In this document: positions 1 to 8,162 of the stretch, one piece after another | Position numbering within the stretch: the stretch's first letter is position 1 | How the letters are laid out: every line of letters begins with the position of its first letter | Assembly (NCBI GenBank): GCA_004297805.1 | Contig: SCTJ01000079.1 | Span: 1-43,398, forward strand | Reading direction: 5' to 3' | Length of the DNA stretch: 43,398 nt | Origin: Patescibacteria group bacterium | Lineage (GTDB): Bacteria > Patescibacteriota > Minisyncoccia > Moranbacterales > SCTJ01 | The notes under the pieces: model-generated | Databases searched by the model: none | What the model was told of the DNA's origin: nothing | Seen by the model: only the letters and a program-made list of their open reading frames with translations | Translations under genes and position numbers: made by a program

Positions 1-238
1 TTTCACTGCCCGTCCGCCGATCCCAAAGATACAATTTGAAATCACCCGGTCCCACAAACACAAAGCAATCGGATTGTCGCTCGTGTTCATGCGGGCCGCG
101 CACCACCCCCGATTGAGTCACACTCACATAACCCATGGCTGGTTGATATCCGCCTTCGTCGACTCTGTAAATTTCCGTTAACCAGCCTCGGTCATCTTCA
201 AATTTGTCTAATTTTTTTACTATTATGCCTTTAATCAT
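1..238 (-). CDS. rmlC: dTDP-4-dehydrorhamnose 3,5-epimerase family protein (5' part; runs off window)
   Basis: Manual translation from ATG 238 gives MIKGIIVKKLDKFEDDRGWLTEIYR...VVRGPHEH...LYLWDRR, containing the RmlC motifs DxRG and RGxH. Not in the ORF track because it has no stop in the window. Confidence 0.85.
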   Translation of the reverse strand, partial: MIKGIIVKKLDKFEDDRGWLTEIYRVDEGGYQPAMGYVSVTQSGVVRGPHEHERQSDCFVFVGPGDFKLYLWDRRTGSE

Positions 239-307
239 AGATTCACGAGAATTTAAATAATTGTACGTCCATCTTAGCATGCCGGAGTGTCGCCTTCAAG
301 GATATGA

Positions 308-354
308 AGAACGCCAGCCCCCGTCCGGTTTCGGATGGTTGAGGGCTGGCGTTC
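308..354 (-). terminator. Intrinsic terminator-like hairpin ending the ~840->305 transcription unit
   Basis: Minus strand GAACGCCAGCCC...GGGCTGGCGTTC followed by TTCAT. Confidence 0.6.
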
Positions 355-643
355 AGGTACAGCGTTGTGTTGTTGTGTTGGGGTACTCGTCACAGGTTTG
401 TGGGCAACCGAATCGACACGGCGAACGGTCCTAGTTGGACAGTTCAGGTCTTGGCTGCGGCAGTTATTCCTGCTCAAGCAGATGTGTGCGCTGTGTATTC
501 TGCGCCCGGCTTCTTCGGAACGTTTTGGAACAGGTCACAACCTTGCCAGCGGGGGTCATGTGGGAGCCTCTTAGGCATACCCGACCATCCAGCGCTTGAC
601 GCCCCCGAGTGGGAGACTTAGTTGTGAATCTTGAAACGAACCG

Positions 644-697
644 CTACTGATCGCCGTCGATGTGGTAATGCTGTCCGGAACCGGTTCCGATGCGCAT
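644..697 (-). CDS. Putative 17-aa micro-ORF MRIGTGSGQHYHIDGDQ
   Basis: AAAGGAGG lies 9 nt upstream of ATG 697; TAG at 644-646; the ORF is inside a promoter-terminator bounded unit. Confidence 0.35.
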   Translation of the reverse strand: MRIGTGSGQHYHIDGDQ

Positions 698-842
698 CCA
701 GCTACCCCTCCTTTGGGTGTTCGACGGACTCCATAGCCAGTACCGCTCCCTCATTGCAAGGGAGCACCCCATCCGGATTTCCTATCCCTCACCGCGAGGG
801 ACCCTGGTCCGGAAACCAGTCAATCTTGTGAAATATAAATTG

Positions 843-870
843 ATTCTACGCCTGGATTAAAATCCGTCAA
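843..870 (-). promoter_or_regulatory. Sigma70-type promoter
   Basis: TTGACG (870-865), 16-nt spacer, TAGAAT (848-843). Confidence 0.55.
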
Positions 871-1168
871 GCCGCATTCTTGTCGATATAACCAAAATCG
901 TTGAATGAAAATGGGAAGAGGAGCAGGGATGATCACTCGCGTTTGTTGCCGGACCCGGTTGGGTTGTGGGCAACGCGAATGAGCATATGCTCCTCTTGTC
1001 GGTCTTCACCCCCACCGCTGTGAGGGTTTTGTTTCATACTGCCGGGAAAGCCTGCTGGTCCTAGCCCCCGAAGATGGGGGCTTCACAGCACGGGTCTATC
1101 CCGTAGTTCTCCGGGGTTATCCAACCCCGGTCCTGCCGTCGCCCGAGGCCTTGGGGCTAGAGCAGGTC

Positions 1169-1324
1169 CTACACCGCGCCGGTGATCCCGAGGCTGCCGC
1201 CGATCTTGTGGGCCGCCGCGTCGCCGTCCTTGAGGGCCATCGCGTCGCTCTTCTCGCCGCTCTTCTCGTCGATCACGTCCATGAGGGTGAACTTGCGCGC
1301 GTCGGTGTGGGCCGTCAGCTTCAT
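1169..1324 (-). CDS. Small hypothetical protein (51 aa, GC-rich class)
   Basis: GGGAGG RBS before ATG 1324 (MKLTAHTDARKF...); strong GC3 codon bias; upstream TTGACA-17-TAAAGT promoter at ~1456-1484. Confidence 0.6.
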   Translation of the reverse strand: MKLTAHTDARKFTLMDVIDEKSGEKSDAMALKDGDAAAHKIGGSLGITGAV

Positions 1325-1504
1325 CGCGTGTTTCCTCCCTGAGGTTCTGCGTGGGTTGACCTGCATCGGTACGGTGGGATCGCCTCCTCAACTTCCTGCT
1401 TGATTGTGAGCGTCCTCCTTTACGCTCTCCAGGACATTTTGGAAACGTTGGATTTACTTTACTGATTCTTCGTCAGCCTGTCAATATACTACTGAGACCT
1501 CGCG

Positions 1505-1696
1505 CTACCCGGCCAGCACTTCGTCGGCCTGCACGAGCCGGTCCATCTTGAGCGCATTGCATCCCGAGGTCACACACACCTCGGAAACGTCGTTGAGCTC
1601 CTTGCCGCGCGGATCGTTGGTCATGACCCCGCCCTCGCAGACGAACGCCCGGACACAACTCACCTCGATCGTCCCCTTCACGATCAGTTTCTTCAT
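1505..1696 (-). CDS. Small hypothetical protein (63 aa, GC-rich class)
   Basis: AAAGGAGG RBS upstream of ATG; GC3-rich codons; 4 Cys. Confidence 0.6.
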   Translation of the reverse strand: MKKLIVKGTIEVSCVRAFVCEGGVMTNDPRGKELNDVSEVCVTSGCNALKMDRLVQADEVLAG

Positions 1697-1724
1697 GACT
1701 ATTGTGCCTCCTTTCGTCAGTCGA

Positions 1725-3098
1725 CTATTGATTGCCTCCGGGTAACTCGATGTCTTTATTCAATACTACATCAAAATCTTGCTGGCTTCCACTTGGAGCG
1801 ACCACCTGCACTTTCACCGGAACGTCTGCTGTGCCGGGTTGCTTTTGAATCTTTAAACTATATTTATCACTCGAAAAATGATCCGGCAAGGCATACTCGA
1901 GTTCAATCGTTTTGGTTTCCCCCAGCTTCACTGGCACCAAGAAGGCAAAATATTTCTTGCCCAACTCATTGCCATAACGCGCCTCGCCCGCATTTTGCGA
2001 ATTGATGAGCCAACTGCCATCGGGCACGTAGACGCGCACATAGGTCAGATAGTCCTTGGTCATCCAATCACGCTGCATGGCCGTGTGGGTGTAGGTGATT
2101 TTCAAATGCGCTACCGGTTTAGCCTGTGATAAATCGACTGAATAGTTCAACGAGCGTCGCATATAGTAATCGCTTTTGTAGGCCCCGAGATTCGCATCCA
2201 CTACCATCAAATAATCACCCCGCCACGCTTGATCTACTGTGCCCGCCCAGCCAGCCGCTGCCACGGACTGCTGCAAGACTGGATCATGAAAATAAAGCTG
2301 AATGTCTTTGCGATTCAGATCTTCCGCCAAAATCTTGGCTAGCTCAATTTTGCCCGAGACATCCAACTGATAAATCTTGGCAATAATCGCCTGAGCCAAG
2401 GGACTCATGACTGACTTACGATCTCCCTTAGGAATGCCCTGATCGTCATAGCCCTTTTCCACTTGATATTCCAGCGCTAAAATGGCATTCTCGCTACCGT
2501 ATTCGCCGGGATAGCCTTCAATCTGCACCGGGCCAGTCGCTTTCAAAAAAGAGGTCAATACATTGGCATTCACCGCCACCACGCCATCAAATTGCTCCTC
2601 ACCCTTGCCCAGGTAGTAAAAATATTCCGCTTGCTTGGCATTTTCCACGAAATCCGGAGAATAATTTGAATCGCGTAGCTTGAGCGAAGGAATGTGCAGC
2701 GTTTCCGCCATGGGGTAGGGTGGCGGAACCACATCTGGCACGCGCCCATCAAAATTGGACAGATCATGAATTTGGAGAGCAGTCACTTTGCCACTTTTAA
2801 TCTTCACAATGCCAAAGGAGCCGATGTAACCGCCGCCTGGTCGCAACTCCATGTTGTTCTGAAACAGAATTAGAAAAGTTTGTTCGCGACCATCAGATTG
2901 CAAAAAATGATCTGCCAGGGAAGCCAGGGTTTTAAGCTCCTGTTTGGCGTCACTGGCAATTGGCAAAAAACGCACCACCGAGCCAACTGACTGAATGCCA
3001 CGACTTTTGACTTGCCAAAAGAAAAACCAGCCGACCAAAAACAAGGTGGCCGCCACCCAGAAAATTATCCAAAATTTTAGCGAGTATTTTTTGATCAT
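1725..3098 (-). CDS. DUF4012-domain membrane-anchored protein
   Basis: N-terminal TM; LILFQNNMELRPGGGYIGSFG, LRDSNYSPDF and VVDANLGAYKSD motifs typical of DUF4012 proteins in EPS loci. Confidence 0.8.
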   Translation of the reverse strand: MIKKYSLKFWIIFWVAATLFLVGWFFFWQVKSRGIQSVGSVVRFLPIASDAKQELKTLASLADHFLQSDGREQTFLILFQNNMELRPGGGYIGSFGIVKIKSGKVTALQIHDLSNFDGRVPDVVPPPYPMAETLHIPSLKLRDSNYSPDFVENAKQAEYFYYLGKGEEQFDGVVAVNANVLTSFLKATGPVQIEGYPGEYGSENAILALEYQVEKGYDDQGIPKGDRKSVMSPLAQAIIAKIYQLDVSGKIELAKILAEDLNRKDIQLYFHDPVLQQSVAAAGWAGTVDQAWRGDYLMVVDANLGAYKSDYYMRRSLNYSVDLSQAKPVAHLKITYTHTAMQRDWMTKDYLTYVRVYVPDGSWLINSQNAGEARYGNELGKKYFAFLVPVKLGETKTIELEYALPDHFSSDKYSLKIQKQPGTADVPVKVQVVAPSGSQQDFDVVLNKDIELPGGNQ

Positions 3099-3116
3099 AC
3101 TTCCGCAATCCGTAAA

Positions 3117-4061
3117 TTAAAATTCGCCCCGCATCAAAGCATTCAGTCGCCGTCGATATTCCTCTTCACTCGGTTCGCGGTTAGGATCGGAAATTGACTC
3201 AGTCACAATCGGCAAAGCCCCACTTAGTGGCTCTTCCTCTTTAACAGCCACTGCTTCAATTGCCGGGACGGACGATTCATAGTCGTCTGCGATCGGCAGA
3301 TTTTCAGGAGCCGCGCCTGTTTTGCGTGGCCGTGCCAGATCCCTAGACCTAGCTGGCTGTTCACGCCGAATAGGATAATCTGTTTCTTCTAGGCGCACCC
3401 CGAACGGCCGAGAAAAGTTCTGTAGCTGTGCTGCCGCCGGAAGTTGAAAGCGACTATCTGGTTGCATTTTTTCAAAAACGGCAACCACGATATAGTTAAT
3501 CAGCACCGACAGCACATACCCCAGTAACAAACTGACTAACAGTGGCCAATACCAACGAACGACCACGACACTGGCAGTCGGACCTTCAATAATCCGCAGG
3601 TCAATGTCTGTGCGAATATTATAGTAGTGACTGGCCTCGCTGATCAGGGCGAAGGCAGTCTTGCGACTTGCTTCCAAAGCTTCGCTCTGAGTGGCCCGAT
3701 CTACGCTCAACACCAAAATAGTACTGTGATCACTCCGCGAAATATGAAATATTTTGTTCCAATTAGCTTTGCGTGCATCCGGTGATTTTCCAGCAAAAAG
3801 ATCACGCCACTCGGGATTATCTGCCACCAGCCGATCATAGAATGACAGCCGATGCGATATATCCATCAAGTTTTCCAACATCTCATCAGATTGAGCTGCC
3901 ATTGCCTCGCTCTTTGGCACAATCAAGATCGAAACTGACCCGCGATAAACCCGAAAGCTATCGATCAGCACTAAGAAAATAGTCGCCGCCAAAATGATAG
4001 CGACGATCACGACATAGGGACCAGAAAAATTGTATGACTCTCTCCTTTGACGCGTGTCCAT
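3117..4061 (-). CDS. Wzz/YveK-like polysaccharide chain-length/co-polymerase protein
   Basis: Two TM segments flanking an extracytoplasmic domain; polysaccharide-locus context. Confidence 0.55.
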   Translation of the reverse strand: MDTRQRRESYNFSGPYVVIVAIILAATIFLVLIDSFRVYRGSVSILIVPKSEAMAAQSDEMLENLMDISHRLSFYDRLVADNPEWRDLFAGKSPDARKANWNKIFHISRSDHSTILVLSVDRATQSEALEASRKTAFALISEASHYYNIRTDIDLRIIEGPTASVVVVRWYWPLLVSLLLGYVLSVLINYIVVAVFEKMQPDSRFQLPAAAQLQNFSRPFGVRLEETDYPIRREQPARSRDLARPRKTGAAPENLPIADDYESSVPAIEAVAVKEEEPLSGALPIVTESISDPNREPSEEEYRRRLNALMRGEF

Positions 4062-4063
4062 AA

Positions 4064-5206
4064 TTATTTCTTTCGACGTTTGACTTCAATCGTCGACTGA
4101 TAAACTTCCATAATTTGTTTGACAATGGTATCCCAGCCATATTTCTCCTGGGCAGCGCGTTTGGCTGCTTGACCCAATCGCTCAGTTTCATCCGGCTGAT
4201 TAATGACACTGGCCAATTTCTGCTCCAGATCAGCCACATCCTTGGATTTAAAAATAATCCCACTTTCTTTGACAACCTGAGCATTCTCGGGAATATCACT
4301 CACAATCGGCGCCAGACCATAGGCCATGGCTTCTAGGAGCGCCAGCGAAAGACCTTCAGATTCAGATGGTTGCACAAAACAATAAGCATGCGAGAAAAGC
4401 TGTTGGAGTGTTCCGTTGTTTTGGGTGCCTGTGAACACAATGTTTCTCCGTCCTCCGGCCAATCTCTTCAATTCATCCACATAGTCATCCGTGTGAAATC
4501 CATCACCCACAATAACCAATTTGAAGCCATTCGGAATCTTACTGCGATCTTCAAGATGCTTGAAAGCTTCAATCAAATAACGAATCCCCTTGTGACGAAT
4601 GAGTCGCCCCACCGAAAGAATATATTTTTTCTCCTTTAATTCCCAGCGACCCAGGGCCTGGGTTTTGGAAGTCAGCTCCACATCAGCACCATTGGGGATA
4701 CACACTGCTTCACACTGATAAGCCACTCGTGCATAATCCTTCAAAATCTGACTCACCACAATCGTGCGATCAGTCTGAGTGCAAGTCATGCGCTCTCCGA
4801 AACGCAGATAGGCCTGAGCCAGCCAACCCCACTTTTGATGGAAGTAATCCTGACACTGAAAGGTTGCGATAACGGCTGTTCGCGATTTGAACAATTTCAA
4901 AATCCAAGCCAATGAAGTTGGTCCGATAGCTTGATAGTGCACCACGTCGTAACGAGAAAAAAGAGCGTGCATGGTGGCCAAGAATGTGTGAGAGATAGCG
5001 TCTAGGTTCTTGGTAGGGATGCTGGGCAAGTGAACCAATCGCACACCCTTAAACTCACGCAATTTTCGATCGGTATAGTTATTGCGAACATATACAGTGA
5101 CTTCGTGGCCCATCGCCACTAGACGCGTCGAAACTTCCTCGACATATCTTTCGACGCCGCCGGCCACTGTCGGTATTCCTTTTTGACCAATAAACGCAAT
5201 GCGCAT
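4064..5206 (-). CDS. Glycosyltransferase family 4 (GT-B)
   Basis: MRIAFIGQKGIP..GGVE N-terminus; VGRL..HKG and PSESEGLSLALLEAMAYG (ExxxxxxxE) motifs; start moved to ATG 5206. Confidence 0.9.
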   Translation of the reverse strand: MRIAFIGQKGIPTVAGGVERYVEEVSTRLVAMGHEVTVYVRNNYTDRKLREFKGVRLVHLPSIPTKNLDAISHTFLATMHALFSRYDVVHYQAIGPTSLAWILKLFKSRTAVIATFQCQDYFHQKWGWLAQAYLRFGERMTCTQTDRTIVVSQILKDYARVAYQCEAVCIPNGADVELTSKTQALGRWELKEKKYILSVGRLIRHKGIRYLIEAFKHLEDRSKIPNGFKLVIVGDGFHTDDYVDELKRLAGGRRNIVFTGTQNNGTLQQLFSHAYCFVQPSESEGLSLALLEAMAYGLAPIVSDIPENAQVVKESGIIFKSKDVADLEQKLASVINQPDETERLGQAAKRAAQEKYGWDTIVKQIMEVYQSTIEVKRRKK

Positions 5207-5283
5207 AAATTTTGTGATTTCTGACTGAAAATGATTTTGGCGAGTGCCCTGAAAAGTGTTCCAGGACACTTGGCCAACGCCAC

Positions 5284-6243
5284 TTAGTTGACGTTGATAA
5301 TCGGCGAAAGATTGCCGAAGCTATTATCCCAATATGTTACGTTCGATTGAACCGTAAAATTGTTCCAGCGACTGTTGGCCACATTGGCCCGTTCCACCCG
5401 AGCAATTCCATAGCGGTTGTTGCCGTGAACTTTTGAATTCTTGATATCAATGCGTCCGGCAGCTCCATAGGCACTAATTTGAATTCCTTCACGCTTATTG
5501 TCGCCGAAGGAATTGCCGCTAGTCAAAATGTTTGAATAATCCAGTACGGCCACAAATCCACTGCCACCGTTGCTCTTGACTTCATTATCACCCAGCCAGG
5601 CACTCACCCCACTGGCCAGAATGATGCCATCCTTGTGATTGCTGCGAATATCACTCTCGGTAACCACCACCCGATGCGGATCAGAATAAATTCCAGCCTT
5701 GCCATTGTCGCGAACGATAACATGATCAATGGTGACCGCATGATCGTCGTCGATCTTCTTGTGTGAGCGAATGCGAATACCATCGCGATCGTTATCTTCA
5801 ATGGTACATTTGGTGATTGAAACCTTGGCGTCGCGCTCAACCTCAATCCCATTGTTTCCACCCGTGACCTTCACCCCATTCAGTTTGGAGCCGTCTTCCA
5901 TAGAAACAACCGTCGAGTCATCATCATGAGCCTTGATGGTGACCTTGTCCCTGCCGCTTCCATAAAGCTTCACGTCTTCCTTGAGAATGATGTTTTCCTT
6001 GTAGGTTCCAGAAGACACATGCACCTCATCACCGCCATGCGCCTTTTTCAGCGCTTGACCAATGGTTTTGTAGGGATGACTCGAAGATCCATCTTCACTG
6101 CCGGAAGCACTGTCGTCGACGTAAATATTTTTGCCGTGCTTGGCAAAAGTCAGCACTGGCAAGGCAATAATCGCCACGAGCAACAGGCTGCCGATAATCT
6201 CCTTGACCAGTTTTTGGCCCAAATAGGCCTTGATAGTACTCAT
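5284..6243 (-). CDS. Secreted right-handed parallel beta-helix protein (DUF1565-like)
   Basis: Signal/TM segment; IYVD...GS..HPYKTIGQAL...GTYKE; repeated N..DGI beta-helix turns. Confidence 0.8.
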   Translation of the reverse strand: MSTIKAYLGQKLVKEIIGSLLLVAIIALPVLTFAKHGKNIYVDDSASGSEDGSSSHPYKTIGQALKKAHGGDEVHVSSGTYKENIILKEDVKLYGSGRDKVTIKAHDDDSTVVSMEDGSKLNGVKVTGGNNGIEVERDAKVSITKCTIEDNDRDGIRIRSHKKIDDDHAVTIDHVIVRDNGKAGIYSDPHRVVVTESDIRSNHKDGIILASGVSAWLGDNEVKSNGGSGFVAVLDYSNILTSGNSFGDNKREGIQISAYGAAGRIDIKNSKVHGNNRYGIARVERANVANSRWNNFTVQSNVTYWDNSFGNLSPIINVN

Positions 6244-6264
6244 ATAAATCACACTTAATACTAA

Positions 6265-7332
6265 TTAAATTGACCACATATAGTAGCAAGAAAGTGGTTT
6301 CTTGTCAACCCCGTTACAACCCCTAATTTTAGATACTATATTCCCAAGTCCTTTTGCCCGGCAATGCTGCAACATCCCCAAATACGACTGCACCGATTGA
6401 TGAAAGGATTCTTCACTGATTCGTCCTTCGTTCAGATTGATTCTGCCCGCCGCGATTTTTTTGAACATCCGCCGTTTGGTTTTGGTGCGCAGTATCGCAT
6501 GAGTTGGAAAAATGACATAGCCCAAAAAATCAATACCACGATGGAACTTTTTGATGGTTACTTTACGCGGATGGAGGCTGAGCTTCAAATAAGTGCGCAA
6601 AAAATCATCTAGCAGCGGGATCATATTTTCTAGCTCAATTCTGTTATAACTAACAATAGCAAAATCATCCGCGTAGCGGACATAGTGCTTGATTCTCAGT
6701 GTGCGCTTCACGAATTGGTCTAGTTCATTGAGATAGACATTGGCTAATAGTTGACTCGTCAGATTGCCAAGCGGAATACCAATTCCTCTCCCCCTGCCCG
6801 AGGGGGAGATTGAGAGGGGGTGGGAGGGAGAGACAAAACTACAAATAATTTTCTCAATTAGCTGCCTCGTTTTTCCATCCTTTATCCTTTTGGAGATAAT
6901 GTCTATTAAGATGGCATGATCCACCGAATCGAAAAACTTGCGAATATCGCATTGCAGCACCCACACGGTGCGGGTGCGATTGCGGGATAATTTCCAAGCA
7001 AATTGATGGAACCTCTGAATGGCGCGGTGCGTGCCTTTGTCTTGGCGACTGGAATACGAATCAAAAATGAAAGTCCGTTCGAAAATGGGTTCAATTACTC
7101 GCGTAATGGCATGGTGGAGTAGGCGGTCTCGGACACTGGCCTTGTGGATGCGTCTGGGTTTTGGGTCACACACCGAAAATGCGGTATACTGGGAATGTTG
7201 GTACTGATTGCCGACTAAATCGGCATGCAATTCGAAAACTTTTTTTTCCAGATTGAGCGCAAATTCCTGCACATCTCGTTTCTTTTCTTTACCCTTTTTG
7301 AACTCCCGCCAAGCGGCAAACAGGTTTTCCAA
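6265..7332 (-). CDS. DGR reverse transcriptase
   Basis: RDRLLHHA, CDIRKFFDSVDH, GIPLGNLTSQLLAN (DGR-type SQ motif), YVRYADDF, GIDFLGY. The frame stays open upstream to 7419. A likely true start, ATG 7430, needs +1 G in the 7394-7403 tract. Confidence 0.95.
   Translation of the reverse strand: MENLFAAWREFKKGKEKKRDVQEFALNLEKKVFELHADLVGNQYQHSQYTAFSVCDPKPRRIHKASVRDRLLHHAITRVIEPIFERTFIFDSYSSRQDKGTHRAIQRFHQFAWKLSRNRTRTVWVLQCDIRKFFDSVDHAILIDIISKRIKDGKTRQLIEKIICSFVSPSHPLSISPSGRGRGIGIPLGNLTSQLLANVYLNELDQFVKRTLRIKHYVRYADDFAIVSYNRIELENMIPLLDDFLRTYLKLSLHPRKVTIKKFHRGIDFLGYVIFPTHAILRTKTKRRMFKKIAAGRINLNEGRISEESFHQSVQSYLGMLQHCRAKGLGNIVSKIRGCNGVDKKPLSCYYMWSI
6280..6308 (-). promoter_or_regulatory. Sigma70 promoter for the beta-helix gene, inside the RT 3' end
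   Basis: TTGACA (6308-6303), 17 nt, TACTAT (6285-6280). Confidence 0.55.
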
Positions 7333-7393
7333 GGAAATAATTTCATCAAAAATTTTGACATTTGAATTTTTAATTTTGAATTTACTACTATGA

Positions 7394-7403
7394 CCCCCCC
7401 CCC
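7394..7403. repeat. C10/G10 homopolymer shared by the overlapping 5' ends of avd (+) and RT (-)
   Basis: ATGA-CCCCCCCCCC-GG read directly from the sequence; frame analysis in findings. Confidence 0.9.
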
Positions 7404-7442
7404 GGCTTTTCCGAACCTGTCATTTTTCATAAGCTTTCTGTT

Positions 7443-7763
7443 TTGTATCTCGCGACCCACCGGCGCGTGATTGGTTTTTCCAAGCCGTCACGCCATTCGC
7501 TGGGCGTACGCCTGGAAAATACTCTCTTGGAAATTATTGAACTTGGTTATCTCGCTCTTGGGAAACAGGGAACATCGCGGTTAATGATAATTAGCAAGCT
7601 AGACATTAAATTGCGTATCTTTTTCACGCATCTGCGCCTGGCTCACCAAACACGCTGCTTGAACGATGCCGGATACGCCGAACTTTCTCAGCACTCAGTT
7701 GAACTTGGAAAAATGATTGGCCATTGGATCAAGGCAACGAAAACCGCGCTGAATGCGCGGTGA
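7443..7763 (+). CDS. avd: DGR accessory variability determinant (Avd/bAvd-like four-helix bundle protein)
   Basis: Basic ~110-125 aa helical protein: FSKPSRHSLGVRLE...LRLAHQTRCL...ELGKMIGHWIK. The in-frame upstream extension PPPGFSEPVIFHKLSV reaches ATG 7390 only with +1 C. Confidence 0.85.
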   Translation: MYLATHRRVIGFSKPSRHSLGVRLENTLLEIIELGYLALGKQGTSRLMIISKLDIKLRIFFTHLRLAHQTRCLNDAGYAELSQHSVELGKMIGHWIKATKTALNAR

Positions 7764-7775
7764 CGTCTGTTTCTT

Positions 7776-7892
7776 CAAGAGAATACCACCCCGTTGTTCG
7801 ACCACTCATTGTCAGGCTGATTCCTGTTCACGTTCGCTCCAGTCGCATTCGCGTTGCCGAAGTTGAGCAGATTGCCATCGGAAGAGGTGCTG
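7776..7892 (-). repeat. DGR template repeat (TR)
   Basis: 117-nt ungapped alignment to 8170-8286 with 15 mismatches, all at minus-strand A in TR; 10 AAY codons in the target frame. Confidence 0.95.
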
Positions 7893-8074
7893 TATTTGCC
7901 TGATGCCATCCGAAGCTGCACTGGAACGGACGCGGACCAAACCGCATCAGTACCGATTGGTGGGGACACATTATGTGCGCGCTCCTTTCCCCCTGGTCAT
8001 TTTCCCGCGCCAGCACCAGACAAGCAGAAACATTTGGGAGCGTGACGCTTGCGCCACGCTGCATTACCAACTTC

Positions 8075-8083
8075 ATTATATCA
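8075..8083 (-). promoter_or_regulatory. Extended -10 promoter (TGnTATAAT), candidate promoter for the TR RNA/RT transcript
   Basis: Minus strand TGATATAAT about 180 nt upstream of TR. Confidence 0.5.
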
Positions 8084-8099
8084 CAGAAATAACGCGAAA

Positions 8100-8126
8100 C
8101 TCTTTGTCCCTGACCGGGACAAAGAG
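8100..8126 (-). other. DGR target-recognition hairpin/cruciform downstream of VR
   Basis: CTCTTTGTCCC-GGTCA-GGGACAAAGAG, a perfect 11-bp stem about 37 nt after the target stop codon. Confidence 0.75.
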
Positions 8127-8162
8127 AATTGCCAAAAACTCAAAAATTCAAAAATCAAAGAT

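Noticed and set aside
305-840. tmRNA, RNase P RNA or tRNA
   Set aside because: No tRNA-like ends, T-loop/CCA, or GAGGAAAGTCC RNase P signature found on either strand.
6265-7332. RT as a group II intron maturase, retron or CRISPR-associated RT
   Set aside because: The LGNLTSQ motif, adjacent Avd and adenine-specific TR/VR pair identify a DGR. No intron domain V/VI, msr-msd or cas genes are seen.
7775-7969. 64-aa ORF resembling the target C-terminus
   Set aside because: It is the translation of the template repeat (Asn-rich), which functions as RNA.
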